The notes: generated from the sequence alone by a model not told the origin. Shown: positions 1 to 9,811, numbered from the stretch's first letter. The stretch is DNA of 64,000 nt from Bacteroidota bacterium (GCA_040386075.1 JAZKGE010000027.1:171403-235402), one strand, 5' to 3'. Program-made: numbers and translations.

Positions 1-1
1 T

Positions 2-730
2 GTAAGAGTTTACGATAATTTTAGAAACCTTGGTCCAAGAGGAGAGCATACAGAGTTTAGCGGAGCGCTTGGCTTGTGTATAGGTTATGGTGATAAGGTC
101 AAAGAAAAGAATCGATTCATTAGTTCTGTTGGAAATCAAACCCGTTACAGAAATTCCGTTGCTTACAGTTATAATATCTGGCGTAACAGAATTAAAACAT
201 CACAGGTTACAGGTATCGTTGCCCTGCAATTTTACCGGGTTTCTTTTATTATAGAAAACGATCTGCTGGCTAAACCCATGTTGGACAGATTCAGAACAGG
301 TTCATTTTTACTGCAATACCAGGATCACGGCTTTCAGTATGCACTTAACTGCACTATGTGGACGGGGCAAATGGGTTCAGGTGTAAAGAATGATACCCTG
401 TTTCCACGCAAGGGATACATGAATACCGAGAATGGGTTATACAGTAATTTATCTCATGGGCTGTTAAGTGCTCAGGTCAAATATGCCGATCCTTACGGAC
501 AGTACTTGCAGGCTAATGCAGGCGTTGACGCAGAGCAGATAAGAAATGTGGTGCAGAATAAGATCATACATGATATGCCTTTTGTTCCAAAAAAGTGGAA
601 CAAAGCACAAAATTTATACATCCCTATGATCGACACGGCAGGTAAACAATTTTTATACAGGCCTGATCAAAAAATAAGAAAAGCTAAGTTGTTTTTAAAC
701 GCGTATACAGGAGCTAATGTTTTTTATTAG
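2..730 (+). CDS. hypothetical protein, C-terminal fragment (5' end outside window)
   Basis: Frame is open from nt 2 with no stop, so the TTG at 74 in the ORF track is probably not the true start. Ends TAG 728-730. No family motif recognised. Confidence 0.5.
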   Translation, partial: VRVYDNFRNLGPRGEHTEFSGALGLCIGYGDKVKEKNRFISSVGNQTRYRNSVAYSYNIWRNRIKTSQVTGIVALQFYRVSFIIENDLLAKPMLDRFRTGSFLLQYQDHGFQYALNCTMWTGQMGSGVKNDTLFPRKGYMNTENGLYSNLSHGLLSAQVKYADPYGQYLQANAGVDAEQIRNVVQNKIIHDMPFVPKKWNKAQNLYIPMIDTAGKQFLYRPDQKIRKAKLFLNAYTGANVFY

Positions 731-2238
731 AGGTTAACACTCTTCAGTACATCTTCTAAAATTTTTCGATCGTTGCTTAAGCGGGGAACTTTAAATTGCC
801 CACCCAGCCGGTTATTTGCTTTTAGCCAGTTGTAGAATGTTCCTTTTGGTAAAGCCCTGATCACAGGAAATTGCAACACGTAATTATTAAAGCGTTTAGC
901 TTCATAATCGCTATTGATCTGTTTCAACGTATCATCCAACACACTTTTAAAATAATCCAGGTTATTTGGTTCCTGTTCAAATTCGATGAGCCATTCATGA
1001 GCGCCCGTTGCTTCGTTCATAAAAACAGGAGCAGCGGTAAAGTCTACTATATGCGCGCGTGTTTTTTCACAGGCAGTTTTCAGGGCAAACTCTGCGTTGT
1101 GTATCATCAATTCCTCGCCAAACACATTGATGTGTTGTTTGGTCCTTCCGGTTATGATAAAACGGTAAGGACTTAAATTAGTGAAACGAATTGTATCACC
1201 AACCTGGTATCGCCAGAGACCAGCATTAGTACTGATCATCAAAGAATAATCTTTGTCTTTTTGCACCTCGTCTAAATTGTAAACCCGCGGGTTTTCTTTT
1301 TGCAATTCAGATACAGGAATGAATTCATAATAGATGCCATAATCCAGCATCAATAACATTTCGTTGCTTACGCGCTCATCCTGTATACCAAAAAATCCTT
1401 CAGATGCATTGTATAATTGCAAATATGCAACATCATTATTGTTAAATAACCGGTCAAATAATTCTCTGTAGGGAGTAAAGCTAACACCACCGTGAAAATA
1501 TACTTCCAGATTTGGCCAAACTTCTTTTAATGTATCTACTTTTTTAAGTTCTAAAATCCGTTTGATCAACACAAGCATCCAGCTTGGTACTCCTGCTAAA
1601 CTGGTCACGTTCTCATCTGCCATGGAGTTTGCCATTTTCTCCAGCTTATCTTCCCAGTTATCCATTAGGGCAATGTTTACATCGGGAGCTCTGAAATATT
1701 CGGCCCACATTGGCAGGTTTTGAATAATGATCGCGCTTACATCACCATGAAATGAGTCATACTCACCAAAATGATCTGTTTTAAAGCTGCCGCCCAATGC
1801 CAGATTTTTTCCTGTAAATAATTTTGTATCAGCATTATTTATGCAGTGAAAAGTGATCATATCTCGTCCGCCATTATAATGGCAGCCATCTAAAAACTCT
1901 TTACTTACCGGAATGAATTTACTTTTATCAGTAGTACCGCTGCTTTTTGCAAACCATTTGATCTCACTATTCCATAACAGGTTTTGTTCTCCACGTCGCG
2001 TGCGCTCAATATATGGTTTCAGACTTTCGTAATCCTGTATGGGCACATGTTGTTTAAACTGTTCGTAGTTGGTAATAGACTTAAAATCATGTTTTTTTCC
2101 AAACTCAGTGTCTTTACCCGAATTTACTAATTGGCGCAACCATTCTTCCTGAACATCGTGCGGATATTTCATGAATAACTCTACCTGGTGCATCCGTTTT
2201 TTCATGAACCACGATGCTATGGAATTAAGGAAAGGCAT
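727..2238 (-). CDS. GH3 auxin-responsive-promoter family protein (acyl-adenylate-forming amido synthetase-like)
   Basis: 503 aa. The N-terminus SWFMKKRMHQVELFMKYPHDVQEEWL...FAKSSGTTDKSKFIPVS matches my memory of the bacterial GH3 family, and the length is typical. Confidence 0.8.
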   Translation of the reverse strand: MPFLNSIASWFMKKRMHQVELFMKYPHDVQEEWLRQLVNSGKDTEFGKKHDFKSITNYEQFKQHVPIQDYESLKPYIERTRRGEQNLLWNSEIKWFAKSSGTTDKSKFIPVSKEFLDGCHYNGGRDMITFHCINNADTKLFTGKNLALGGSFKTDHFGEYDSFHGDVSAIIIQNLPMWAEYFRAPDVNIALMDNWEDKLEKMANSMADENVTSLAGVPSWMLVLIKRILELKKVDTLKEVWPNLEVYFHGGVSFTPYRELFDRLFNNNDVAYLQLYNASEGFFGIQDERVSNEMLLMLDYGIYYEFIPVSELQKENPRVYNLDEVQKDKDYSLMISTNAGLWRYQVGDTIRFTNLSPYRFIITGRTKQHINVFGEELMIHNAEFALKTACEKTRAHIVDFTAAPVFMNEATGAHEWLIEFEQEPNNLDYFKSVLDDTLKQINSDYEAKRFNNYVLQFPVIRALPKGTFYNWLKANNRLGGQFKVPRLSNDRKILEDVLKSVNL

Positions 2239-2242
2239 AGAA

Positions 2243-3106
2243 CTAGATAATGGCTTTATTCTTTAATAAACTTTGAGTTACAATATCAGCATATTGACAT
2301 AATAACTGGTCGTTCTTTAAATAACTTAAAATGATCTTTATGCCTTCATCACCTTTTCTTAAAGTATAATTCTCATATAGATATTCATTTCCATCCTTTA
2401 AATAACTACCATGTTCCACATAAGTTTTATAGCCTTTGATGATGGTGTGCAATCCCTCTTGTTTTAAAATATCAACTCCCGGGCTTTCCATCCAGGCATC
2501 ATTAATTGAAACGAAATCAGAATTTTGAATTGTATAAAATGGATCAAAATTCATTTTCTCAATTGTTACAGAAAATGAATTAGAGGATTCTGACCTTTGA
2601 CTTCTATTATTGGAAATATAGTTTTGCATATAACAAGGAATTACAGATGCAGATTCTTTTAATTCAAATGGAAGAGATAATGAAAGTGTTTGGGTTATGG
2701 GATAACTACCCCACCTTACTTCTGTCAGGTACGAACTGTTCTCCGCTTTTGAGGAATTATCGCTATTAAAAAAAGTACTGGTAAGCACAAAAAACAAGGC
2801 AAATAAGATAACCGTTGTGCCTAAAAATATTTTGAATTCAGGAATAGTGTTTGAACTTATAAAAGAGCTTGTTCTCTTAAAAACACTTTCTTTTTCTTTA
2901 TAAATAGTATTTGCGTCAACAATTGCTTCGCCATTTTTTGTAGTTTCTTTAGCAATGTAGGATTCGAAAGATGAATCGAATTTTGATTTTTTCCAGTCTA
3001 AATAATTATTAGCTAATTTTTTGTCGCAGCTTTTGCAAAATACAATGCGCTCAGAGTTAACTGTGTTTTTATGCTGACAATTATCGCAAATTAAATAGTT
3101 AGCCAT
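2243..3106 (-). CDS. hypothetical membrane-anchored protein with N-terminal zinc-ribbon
   Basis: CDNC-x13-CKSC four-Cys ribbon at the N-terminus, one hydrophobic span (FLGTTVILFALFFVLTSTFF), then a C-terminal domain of unknown family. Confidence 0.5.
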   Translation of the reverse strand: MANYLICDNCQHKNTVNSERIVFCKSCDKKLANNYLDWKKSKFDSSFESYIAKETTKNGEAIVDANTIYKEKESVFKRTSSFISSNTIPEFKIFLGTTVILFALFFVLTSTFFNSDNSSKAENSSYLTEVRWGSYPITQTLSLSLPFELKESASVIPCYMQNYISNNRSQRSESSNSFSVTIEKMNFDPFYTIQNSDFVSINDAWMESPGVDILKQEGLHTIIKGYKTYVEHGSYLKDGNEYLYENYTLRKGDEGIKIILSYLKNDQLLCQYADIVTQSLLKNKAII

Positions 3107-3189
3107 AGTTTTAATATTGTTCTATTAAAGATAATAAAGATTAATGGTATAACAAATAGAGTCGAGATAAGTTCAGTTTTTAGTTAAAC

Positions 3190-4074
3190 TTATTTTAATG
3201 CTTCTTCTACCTGCGTTTGGTATACCTCATCAAACAGTTCAATGTAAATATCCTGTTGTTTGTATCCTCGTTTTACAAAGCTGAGTGCATTTTGAAGTAA
3301 TTTTTTACCCTTATCAGCTTTATTGTTTTTGATATAAAGCAGGCCTAAATAATAATTTGCTTCTACAGGAAATTGGGTTTGTTTGATCGCTTTCTTATAA
3401 TATACTTCGGCTTGTTTAAAGTCGTTACTTTTTTCATAGCAACGGGCTATATAGAAATAAATATAAGTGTTACAGTTTTTTTGTCCAAAATGACTCACCT
3501 CAAATTTTTCATTTATAATAAATTCACTGATAGCATTTTGATATTGTTCCATTTGATAATAGCACAATCCTTTTAAAAAATGAATATTCTCGCCCACGGG
3601 TGCTTCTACATCTTGTGGTGACAGATCATCGTAATGATTCAAATGTTTCAATGCTTTTATATAATCCCTGTAATAATATAATAATACCCAGCCATAATAG
3701 CCTTCCATTTCTTTAGCATTGATTGCTAAGCTCTTTTCAAGAGCCTGGATAGATTCTGCATAATTACCGTGTTTGGTATTTTGTACAGAATAGGCATGCC
3801 AATCGCCGGCTGTGATGCTATCATTTTTAGCAATACACAGGGTCATCATGTCGTTAGCACATTTTTCATTTCCAAAATATGAAATGGAAGTGCCTATTTC
3901 AAGAATTTCTTTTTTAGTATAGTTTTTATCCTCCAGTATTTTTAGCAGCCTTTGCGGATCGCACAGATTTGTACAATGTGCCAGTTTATACAATGATAAT
4001 GAATCGGATTGTCCATATAAGTTCAAACCAAACACCAGGCATATAACCAAATATCTATTTAGGAAGTATTTCAA
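3190..4074 (-). CDS. TPR-repeat protein, secreted or lipoprotein-like
   Basis: Signal-like N-terminus. Repeated approx 34-aa A/Y/L-patterned helices (YQNAISEF, FKQAEVYYKKAI, ANYYLGLLY). Confidence 0.6.
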   Translation of the reverse strand: MKYFLNRYLVICLVFGLNLYGQSDSLSLYKLAHCTNLCDPQRLLKILEDKNYTKKEILEIGTSISYFGNEKCANDMMTLCIAKNDSITAGDWHAYSVQNTKHGNYAESIQALEKSLAINAKEMEGYYGWVLLYYYRDYIKALKHLNHYDDLSPQDVEAPVGENIHFLKGLCYYQMEQYQNAISEFIINEKFEVSHFGQKNCNTYIYFYIARCYEKSNDFKQAEVYYKKAIKQTQFPVEANYYLGLLYIKNNKADKGKKLLQNALSFVKRGYKQQDIYIELFDEVYQTQVEEALK

Positions 4075-4537
4075 TGAGTTTACCGTTGTTAAATCTGAAG
4101 GAATAAAATTTTCGAATGTTTATCAGGTTCTTTTTATCGTCATAGGAAGGTTGCCATAGCGATAGTTGTTTAATAGCTAGTAATATCTGTGAGCATAATG
4201 GTTCGATATCGTTGGTGATGCTTAATGGTTTATAATTCAAGTCGCATACCTGTGTGCGGTAATAATTGGTTTCTCCTTTGTAATTAATATAAAAATTAAC
4301 TGTTATGATGCCATTGAAGTTAGTTTGTGCATTTATGGAGTTTCTGAATTCTTTTTTAATGGTATAGAAATCCTTTCCATTAGTTGGAGGCGAAGGATGA
4401 TAGTAAGGATAGATCAGTTTATCACCAAAAAAGGCACAACTGTCTGATTGAGAAAAAGAAAAATTGTAAACAAACAGTAAGATCACCGTAAGTTTAACCA
4501 CTGAATGATTATTTTTTTGCTGATAGATAACTTTCAA
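4055..4537 (-). CDS. hypothetical secreted protein
   Basis: 160-aa ORF with a hydrophobic signal-like segment (VVKLTVILLFVYNFSFSQ). Overlaps both neighbours by 20-29 nt, consistent with an operon. No family recognised. Confidence 0.4.
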   Translation of the reverse strand: MKVIYQQKNNHSVVKLTVILLFVYNFSFSQSDSCAFFGDKLIYPYYHPSPPTNGKDFYTIKKEFRNSINAQTNFNGIITVNFYINYKGETNYYRTQVCDLNYKPLSITNDIEPLCSQILLAIKQLSLWQPSYDDKKNLINIRKFYSFRFNNGKLIEILPK

Positions 4538-6104
4538 ATGTATTTAAATCCATTGCATTTAAACAGTTATCTTTTGTTAAAAGCCCCTTGCGAGCAACGT
4601 AGGTACCATAACGCATATCATGGTATCCTTTCAGTTGATGCGCATCCGGGTTAATAGATATCATCACACCTTTTTCTAAACAATAAGGAATCCATCGCCA
4701 GTCGATATCCAAACGGTAAGGATGTGCGTTTAATTCAATCACTACTTTATTAGCTGCACAGGCATCTATTATTTTTTTGTGATCAATAGGGTAGCCGGGA
4801 CGACCTAATAATAAGCGACCTGTTGGATGCCCTAAAATGGTGGTGTATGGGTTTTCAATGGCTTTAATTAAACGGGCATTGGCTTTTTCTTCATCCATTT
4901 TTAAGTTGGCATGAACAGAAGCTACAATGAAATCAAATGTTTTTAAAATGTCTTCATCATAATCCAGGCTACCGTTTCCTAATATGTCGCTTTCAATTCC
5001 TTTAAAGATCTTAAAAGGAAACAATTGTTTATTCAACTTTTCAATTTCCTGCTGTTGCAATAGAACAGTTTCTACTTTTAAGCCATCTGCATACACGGCT
5101 GTTTGAGAGTGGTCGCATATTCCTAAATACTGATAACCTAATTGTTTACAATACACTGCCATTTCTTCCAGGGTATTCATGCCATCACTATAGGTGGAGT
5201 GGTTATGTAAAATACCTTTCAGATCGGTATATTCTATTAATTTAGGTAATTGATTGTTCTTTGCTTTTTCCAGTTCAAATAAACCTTCACGTAATTCAGG
5301 TTCACAATACTGAATATTTAAGTTAGAGTAAACAGATGCTTCGCTCTCATATTTTTTGGTTTGAAGGGCTGTAAAATTAATGCCATCCAGATGTTCTTTA
5401 ACCGAAGAGGTTTCTACTAATTTTCTGTAAAACAAATTGGGATTTACCTGAATAAAGTTTAAAGGAATAGTTTCAGAAACAAATTCATCCAGATCAATGT
5501 TTTCATCTCCAACCAGAATGTCTATTTCTTCGATCGTTTCGGATTTTCGATACATAGCGCCTGTAAAACTTACCAGGTCAGTTTGTTCTTTAATGGCATC
5601 AATGACAGGCTGGCCAATTTTTTCGGCATAAGCATAATGGAACCAACCTGTATTTTTAATTTTGAATTGGATATTCTGGATAATAGTATTTTGTGTTTTT
5701 TCACCAAAACCTTTTAATTCAACTAAACGATTTTCGTTGCAAGCATATAAAAGTTCAGTAACACTTTCCAGTTCAAGTTCAACCCATAATTGCCTTACTT
5801 TTTTCGGGCCTAACCCTTTTATCCCTAACATGTCTACTACTCCGGCGGGTGTGTTGGCCATCAGGTCGCGCAATTCTTTGGTTGTGCCCGTTGTGTTAAA
5901 CTCAATGATCTTTTCGGCAAGGCTTTTGCCTATACCATCTATTTTAGTTAATTCTTCAACGGTAGGATTTGTAAGGTCAAGTCTTGTTTTACTTAATTTA
6001 TAAGCGGCACTGTTGATCGATTTTATTTTAAATGGATTTTCATTATGAAGCTCCATTAACTTGCCGGTAATTTCTAAAGCATCTGCTATATCTTCGGTTG
6101 TCAT
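4509..6104 (-). CDS. polX: PolX-family protein (helix-hairpin-helix Pol-beta-like N-terminus + PHP phosphoesterase domain)
   Basis: HhH motifs (IDGIGKSLAEKI, IKGLGPKKV). Pol-beta-like GAMYRKSETIEEIDILV segment. C-terminal PHP motifs (LHNHSTYSDG, ICDHS, ASVHA, LGHPTGR, NPDAH). Confidence 0.8.
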   Translation of the reverse strand: MTTEDIADALEITGKLMELHNENPFKIKSINSAAYKLSKTRLDLTNPTVEELTKIDGIGKSLAEKIIEFNTTGTTKELRDLMANTPAGVVDMLGIKGLGPKKVRQLWVELELESVTELLYACNENRLVELKGFGEKTQNTIIQNIQFKIKNTGWFHYAYAEKIGQPVIDAIKEQTDLVSFTGAMYRKSETIEEIDILVGDENIDLDEFVSETIPLNFIQVNPNLFYRKLVETSSVKEHLDGINFTALQTKKYESEASVYSNLNIQYCEPELREGLFELEKAKNNQLPKLIEYTDLKGILHNHSTYSDGMNTLEEMAVYCKQLGYQYLGICDHSQTAVYADGLKVETVLLQQQEIEKLNKQLFPFKIFKGIESDILGNGSLDYDEDILKTFDFIVASVHANLKMDEEKANARLIKAIENPYTTILGHPTGRLLLGRPGYPIDHKKIIDACAANKVVIELNAHPYRLDIDWRWIPYCLEKGVMISINPDAHQLKGYHDMRYGTYVARKGLLTKDNCLNAMDLNTFESYLSAKK

Positions 6105-6179
6105 TATCTTTCTGAATTAAAAAGATAAATTTAAACAGTTTTACTGATTATTGAAATTTTATCAGATGTTGTTTTTCAA

Positions 6180-6740
6180 TTAGGGTAATCTGTTTATTAA
6201 ATTGATCAATGTAGTATCGTTAGCATTTTGTATTGCTCCACTTTCAAAATATTTAATATCACCATTTTTATCAATTATTAATTGTATGGGATAGGTTGTA
6301 ATTTGAGATTCTTTTTGTTTCAAAATAGATAAAATGTAATAGTTTGCATCATTTATAAATGTAAAGTTATGTATGTTGCGGTTTTTTCGTTTTAGAAAAT
6401 CTCTTACCACTTTATCTCCGTTTTCCGTTAGGAATATACATCCTATTTTTTTCTGGTCTATTTTAACTACTAAAGAGTCTAAAACCGGCATTTCTTTGAG
6501 GCATGGCCCACAAACTAAATTCCATATATTTATAAAGTAGTATTCCTTAGATATCAATTCAGGGTATTCGGTTTTAAATATTTTTCTTAAATAGGTCATG
6601 CCATCATTCTTAGCGTTTTCTTTGCTAGGAAAAATGGATTTGTTTTCTTGTGCCACTTTATACTGTTGATAATAGCGTGACAAGTAGTAGGCGTTTACAA
6701 TTAATGATATTGGTAATAAAACCCGTAATACAAATTTCAT
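6180..6740 (-). CDS. TlpA/AhpC-like thioredoxin-fold thiol:disulfide oxidoreductase, membrane-anchored
   Basis: N-terminal anchor, then FINIWNLVCGPCLKEMP with a CGPC active-site motif in the usual W-x-x-C-x-x-C context. Confidence 0.7.
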   Translation of the reverse strand: MKFVLRVLLPISLIVNAYYLSRYYQQYKVAQENKSIFPSKENAKNDGMTYLRKIFKTEYPELISKEYYFINIWNLVCGPCLKEMPVLDSLVVKIDQKKIGCIFLTENGDKVVRDFLKRKNRNIHNFTFINDANYYILSILKQKESQITTYPIQLIIDKNGDIKYFESGAIQNANDTTLINLINRLP

Positions 6741-7309
6741 TATTTAAATTTATTTAAGTTGCTAAACAACAAAGTGTCTTTTATTACATCAGTAAATAGT
6801 GTGTTTTTGTAATACTCAATATCACCATTTTTGTTAATAATGAACTGCGCAGTACGTTCTTTAAACTTCATCTTTTTTTGGATAAAAATCGATGAAATAA
6901 AGTCATTCAAATCAGGAACGCATATGAAATTTTTAAAGTAGAAATTATGATTTTTTTGAAATTTCTCAATTGCTGGGTTATCCATTTGTGAAACAAAGAC
7001 AAAACCAATATCAGTATTTTTATAATAGTAGGCAATGCTATCCAGCGTTTTCATATAGATATATTGAGATTCAAAATTTAAAGTAAGGGTGTCCCAAGTT
7101 TGGATAAAGAAATGCTTTTTTGTTTCATAAGCCACTGAATTTACCTCTGATAGTCTATCTTTAAAGTTTTCAATACCTGTTGTTTTATCTACTGGTTTCA
7201 AATCATATAAGTTTTGTGGTAAATTTTTTACGTCAGATAAATACTTCCGTATTAGGCAGATATTTAATATTACTGATAGTATAAATATTCCAAGCAATAG
7301 TTTTTTCAT
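6740..7309 (-). CDS. thioredoxin-fold-like paralog lacking the CxxC motif
   Basis: Same size and layout as 6180-6740. At the equivalent place FFIQTWDTLTLNFESQ replaces W-x-x-CxxC. Start moved to the second Met (MKKLLLG, nt 7309) because the first ATG lies inside the 7322-7352 hairpin. Confidence 0.5.
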   Translation of the reverse strand: MKKLLLGIFILSVILNICLIRKYLSDVKNLPQNLYDLKPVDKTTGIENFKDRLSEVNSVAYETKKHFFIQTWDTLTLNFESQYIYMKTLDSIAYYYKNTDIGFVFVSQMDNPAIEKFQKNHNFYFKNFICVPDLNDFISSIFIQKKMKFKERTAQFIINKNGDIEYYKNTLFTDVIKDTLLFSNLNKFK

Positions 7310-7321
7310 AGTTGTATTAAT

Positions 7322-7352
7322 ACCCAAAATAGAATCAAATTCTATTTTGGGT
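7322..7352 (-). terminator. perfect 14-bp-stem hairpin between the Cys-rich gene and downstream thioredoxin-fold genes (possible intra-operon attenuator)
   Basis: ACCCAAAATAGAAT-caa-ATTCTATTTTGGGT read directly. No clean U-tract follows on the minus strand, so a partial terminator or processing site is more likely than a full stop. Confidence 0.45.
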
Positions 7353-7371
7353 AAAATTAAGAAGTGATATT

Positions 7372-7905
7372 TTATTCAGCAATTACTAATAATTCAGAGT
7401 TCAAAATTTGATAATCACCTTTCTTAATAATTAAAGTGTAGTCTTCAGATTCAACAGTGAAATCGTCAGGAATTGTAATGACCGCATTTTTTATTCGATT
7501 TATTTGTGTCATTTGTAAAACCGGGTCTCTATTTGGGTCAAAGGTTTCGTTATTAATTAGTCCTGTGGTCAAAGGTAGGCTAACTTTAACGGGTCCGTTA
7601 TTACCTGCGACAACCTTTGCTCCTTGAATAATTACACCTCCTTTACATGCTGTTATACACCAGCCATGATTTCCGCATTGGCCCCAGCATTCATATAAAA
7701 TTGTATAACATCCGTCCAGCCAACTGTGACCTAGAGTTGTGTATTTACAACACTCTAAGGGTTTATTTGCCGGATCTACTGGTTGGGGCGTTAAAATAAA
7801 TGTTTCAGTTATGATTTTTGAAGTTGCGAGCCTTGCTTCGTTTGGATTTCCGGCAAAAGTGTTGATACTTGTTGCCATGCAAAGTAACAGAATTAGTTTT
7901 TTCAT
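7372..7905 (-). CDS. secreted cysteine-knot-like protein of unknown family
   Basis: Signal peptide MKKLILLLCMATSINTFAG. Seven Cys within residues 52-87 (ECCKYTTLGHSWLDGCYTILYECWGQCGNHGWCITAC) and none in the remaining 90 aa. Confidence 0.6.
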   Translation of the reverse strand: MKKLILLLCMATSINTFAGNPNEARLATSKIITETFILTPQPVDPANKPLECCKYTTLGHSWLDGCYTILYECWGQCGNHGWCITACKGGVIIQGAKVVAGNNGPVKVSLPLTTGLINNETFDPNRDPVLQMTQINRIKNAVITIPDDFTVESEDYTLIIKKGDYQILNSELLVIAE

Positions 7906-8099
7906 TTTTAGTCTTATTTGGTTTTTTTTAAAATTTAATCATTACGCTTTGTAAATGATGTGCCATTAAAGTCTAGAATATAAGGGCACACAATATTACC
8001 AACTCATAAATAAATTTAAACTACCATTAAAGACGTTTTTAGCACATTTTGGAAAATGGATCATTAAGTTCGTAATAAGTCTGTTCACTAAAACAGTAA

Positions 8100-8768
8100 T
8101 CATAAATACAATTCTGCAAATTTCAAGTCATAAGGGTTTGTGATTTTTATATTCTCTGGATTTCCTCCTACCAGATTAATGCTTTCATCCATGCTTTCTA
8201 ACACGGTTGCATCATCAGTAAAAAATGGTGTATAGTCCTGTTCAAAGGCTTCTTTTATTTTTGATACCAAAAAACATTGAGGTGTTTGTACGATTTTATA
8301 ATCATCCCGGCTCACTGCCTTATTTATACTATTGGTTACCATGCGCATGCTTTCGTTAACAGGCACTACTGGTATGGCATTTCCTTTTTTGGCTGCTGTT
8401 TCAAAACAACGTTTAATGGTTTCAACGCTTACAAATGGCCTAGCTGCGTCATGTATGCCAACAATATCGTTTTTGTTTGTGATGCAATTCAATCCATTCT
8501 TTACCGAATGGAAACGTGTTTCGCCTCCAACAACGGTTTGTATATTCTTTTCCGGAAAATGTTCTGCCAGCATAAAATTGGCATCCGTTAAATAATCTTT
8601 ATGTACGCATACGATGACATTCATGAATTCATCAAATTCAAAAAATCTTTCAATGGTATGAATTAAAACAGGTTTGCCTTTTATTTCAATGAACTGCTTT
8701 GGTACGGATGATTGCATTCTTGTACCTGTTCCGCCGGCAACGATAATTATATTATATTGTGAATTCAT
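8100..8768 (-). CDS. ispD: 2-C-methyl-D-erythritol 4-phosphate cytidylyltransferase
   Basis: MNSQYNIIIVAGGTGTRMQSSVPKQFIEIKGKPVL and later VGIHDAARPF match IspD signatures. Start set to ATG 8768, 1 nt after the upstream gene's stop, rather than the longer track ORF. Confidence 0.9.
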   Translation of the reverse strand: MNSQYNIIIVAGGTGTRMQSSVPKQFIEIKGKPVLIHTIERFFEFDEFMNVIVCVHKDYLTDANFMLAEHFPEKNIQTVVGGETRFHSVKNGLNCITNKNDIVGIHDAARPFVSVETIKRCFETAAKKGNAIPVVPVNESMRMVTNSINKAVSRDDYKIVQTPQCFLVSKIKEAFEQDYTPFFTDDATVLESMDESINLVGGNPENIKITNPYDLKFAELYL

Positions 8769-8769
8769 T

Positions 8770-9777
8770 TTAATAGTTTTTAATACGTTCAATACTCTGG
8801 TCAATAGCTTTATACGCTTTACTGAAAAACTGAAAACGTTGTTTCTCTGCAATACCACTTATCAATGTCGATTTTTTGATCAGGTTCTTCATCCAATGTT
8901 CTATCTCTTCACAAAATTGCTGGTTGCCTGTTGTTAATGAATTCATGGTGTTGAAAGAAATATAAGAATAAACCGAATGATCAACATTAATGTGGATACA
9001 GTTGGTGCCTATTACCAGGTCGCTGTTATATAAACCAAATGGAACGACCAATGCATTTTTCTTTTCGTTTTTGTTTTCATGCTCGGCATAACGATTAATG
9101 GCTTGCATCATTTTTTTTAGTTCCTGCAATACAATGATCGTGTCTTCTTTGTCTTTAAATGCACCCGACTCAAAATAATATTCTATTTGTTTAATAGTAG
9201 TTTGTATCGTTTCATCTGTCCAGATCTCAGTACTTGGGATCTTCAGATAATTTTGATAAATATCATCAGCTAACTGTAATTGTTTCTCGGGGATAGAATC
9301 CCGTTCAAATTTTCTGGTTTGATATTCGGGAACATTTAGTACAGAACGTTGCCAGTAAAATAATTTGAAAGCCGCCAGTTCTTTTGAATAGAATGAATGA
9401 AAGATCGGGATCTCTTCAGCAGCATATATGATCTTTGCATCCTCTGATTTTTGTAATCTTGTTAATTGATTAAGAATTCCTGTTAAATAACTTTCAAAAT
9501 TATCCGCTGAGTCTGTTAACTTAATGTAGTTGCAGGTAACTGAATCATTGTTATTGGAAAATACCGAATCAACCGATATCCGGTAATGTTTGCAGATCTT
9601 ATATGTTTCGTCCAAACTTAATTCTGTCTCATTTCGCAAGCGCCTATAAGCACTGTCATTACTTATTTTAAGTAGGTCTGCTATATCATCCACCAGAGAA
9701 ACATTGGCCGGAACCACTTGTTTTAAGTGCTTAATGAACACTTCCTGCATTGCAAACTCTGTTTTTTTACTTGCCAT
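8770..9777 (-). CDS. helix-turn-helix transcriptional regulator with large C-terminal domain
   Basis: N-terminal HTH-like VSLVDDIADLLKISNDSAYRRLRNETELSLDE. Start set to MASKK (9777), so the palindromes at 9812-9863 lie upstream of it. Confidence 0.6.
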   Translation of the reverse strand: MASKKTEFAMQEVFIKHLKQVVPANVSLVDDIADLLKISNDSAYRRLRNETELSLDETYKICKHYRISVDSVFSNNNDSVTCNYIKLTDSADNFESYLTGILNQLTRLQKSEDAKIIYAAEEIPIFHSFYSKELAAFKLFYWQRSVLNVPEYQTRKFERDSIPEKQLQLADDIYQNYLKIPSTEIWTDETIQTTIKQIEYYFESGAFKDKEDTIIVLQELKKMMQAINRYAEHENKNEKKNALVVPFGLYNSDLVIGTNCIHINVDHSVYSYISFNTMNSLTTGNQQFCEEIEHWMKNLIKKSTLISGIAEKQRFQFFSKAYKAIDQSIERIKNY

Positions 9778-9811
9778 TATGTGGTATTTATTACTAATAA
9801 ATGTAGCTAAT

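Noticed and set aside
74-730. TTG at nt 74 as the start of the first ORF.
   Set aside because: The frame is open back to nt 2, so this is most likely the 3' part of a gene that begins upstream of the window.
727-730. Convergent genes with overlapping stop codons (TTA on the minus strand at 727-729, TAG on the plus strand at 728-730) and no intergenic terminator.
   Set aside because: It is really there in the sequence, but such 4-nt convergent overlaps are common in compact genomes and carry no specific functional implication I can support.
871-1176. 101-aa ORF antisense to the GH3-family gene. The same situation applies to 3373-3576, 5662-6003, 7739-7954, 8277-8595, 8674-8937, 10640-10825 and 11467-11697.
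   Set aside because: Each lies wholly or almost wholly inside a longer opposite-strand ORF that has recognisable family motifs or a stronger gene-like structure, or spans a gene junction. The translations are low-complexity or hydrophobic, with no motifs.
4509-6104. Possibility that the PolX homolog is polymerase-dead, because the Pol-beta-like segment reads GAMYRKSETIEEIDILV (E-x-D where I expect D-x-D).
   Set aside because: Without a real alignment I cannot place the catalytic carboxylates. A nearby DLD (ENIDLDEF) could be the true motif, and Glu can also ligate metal.
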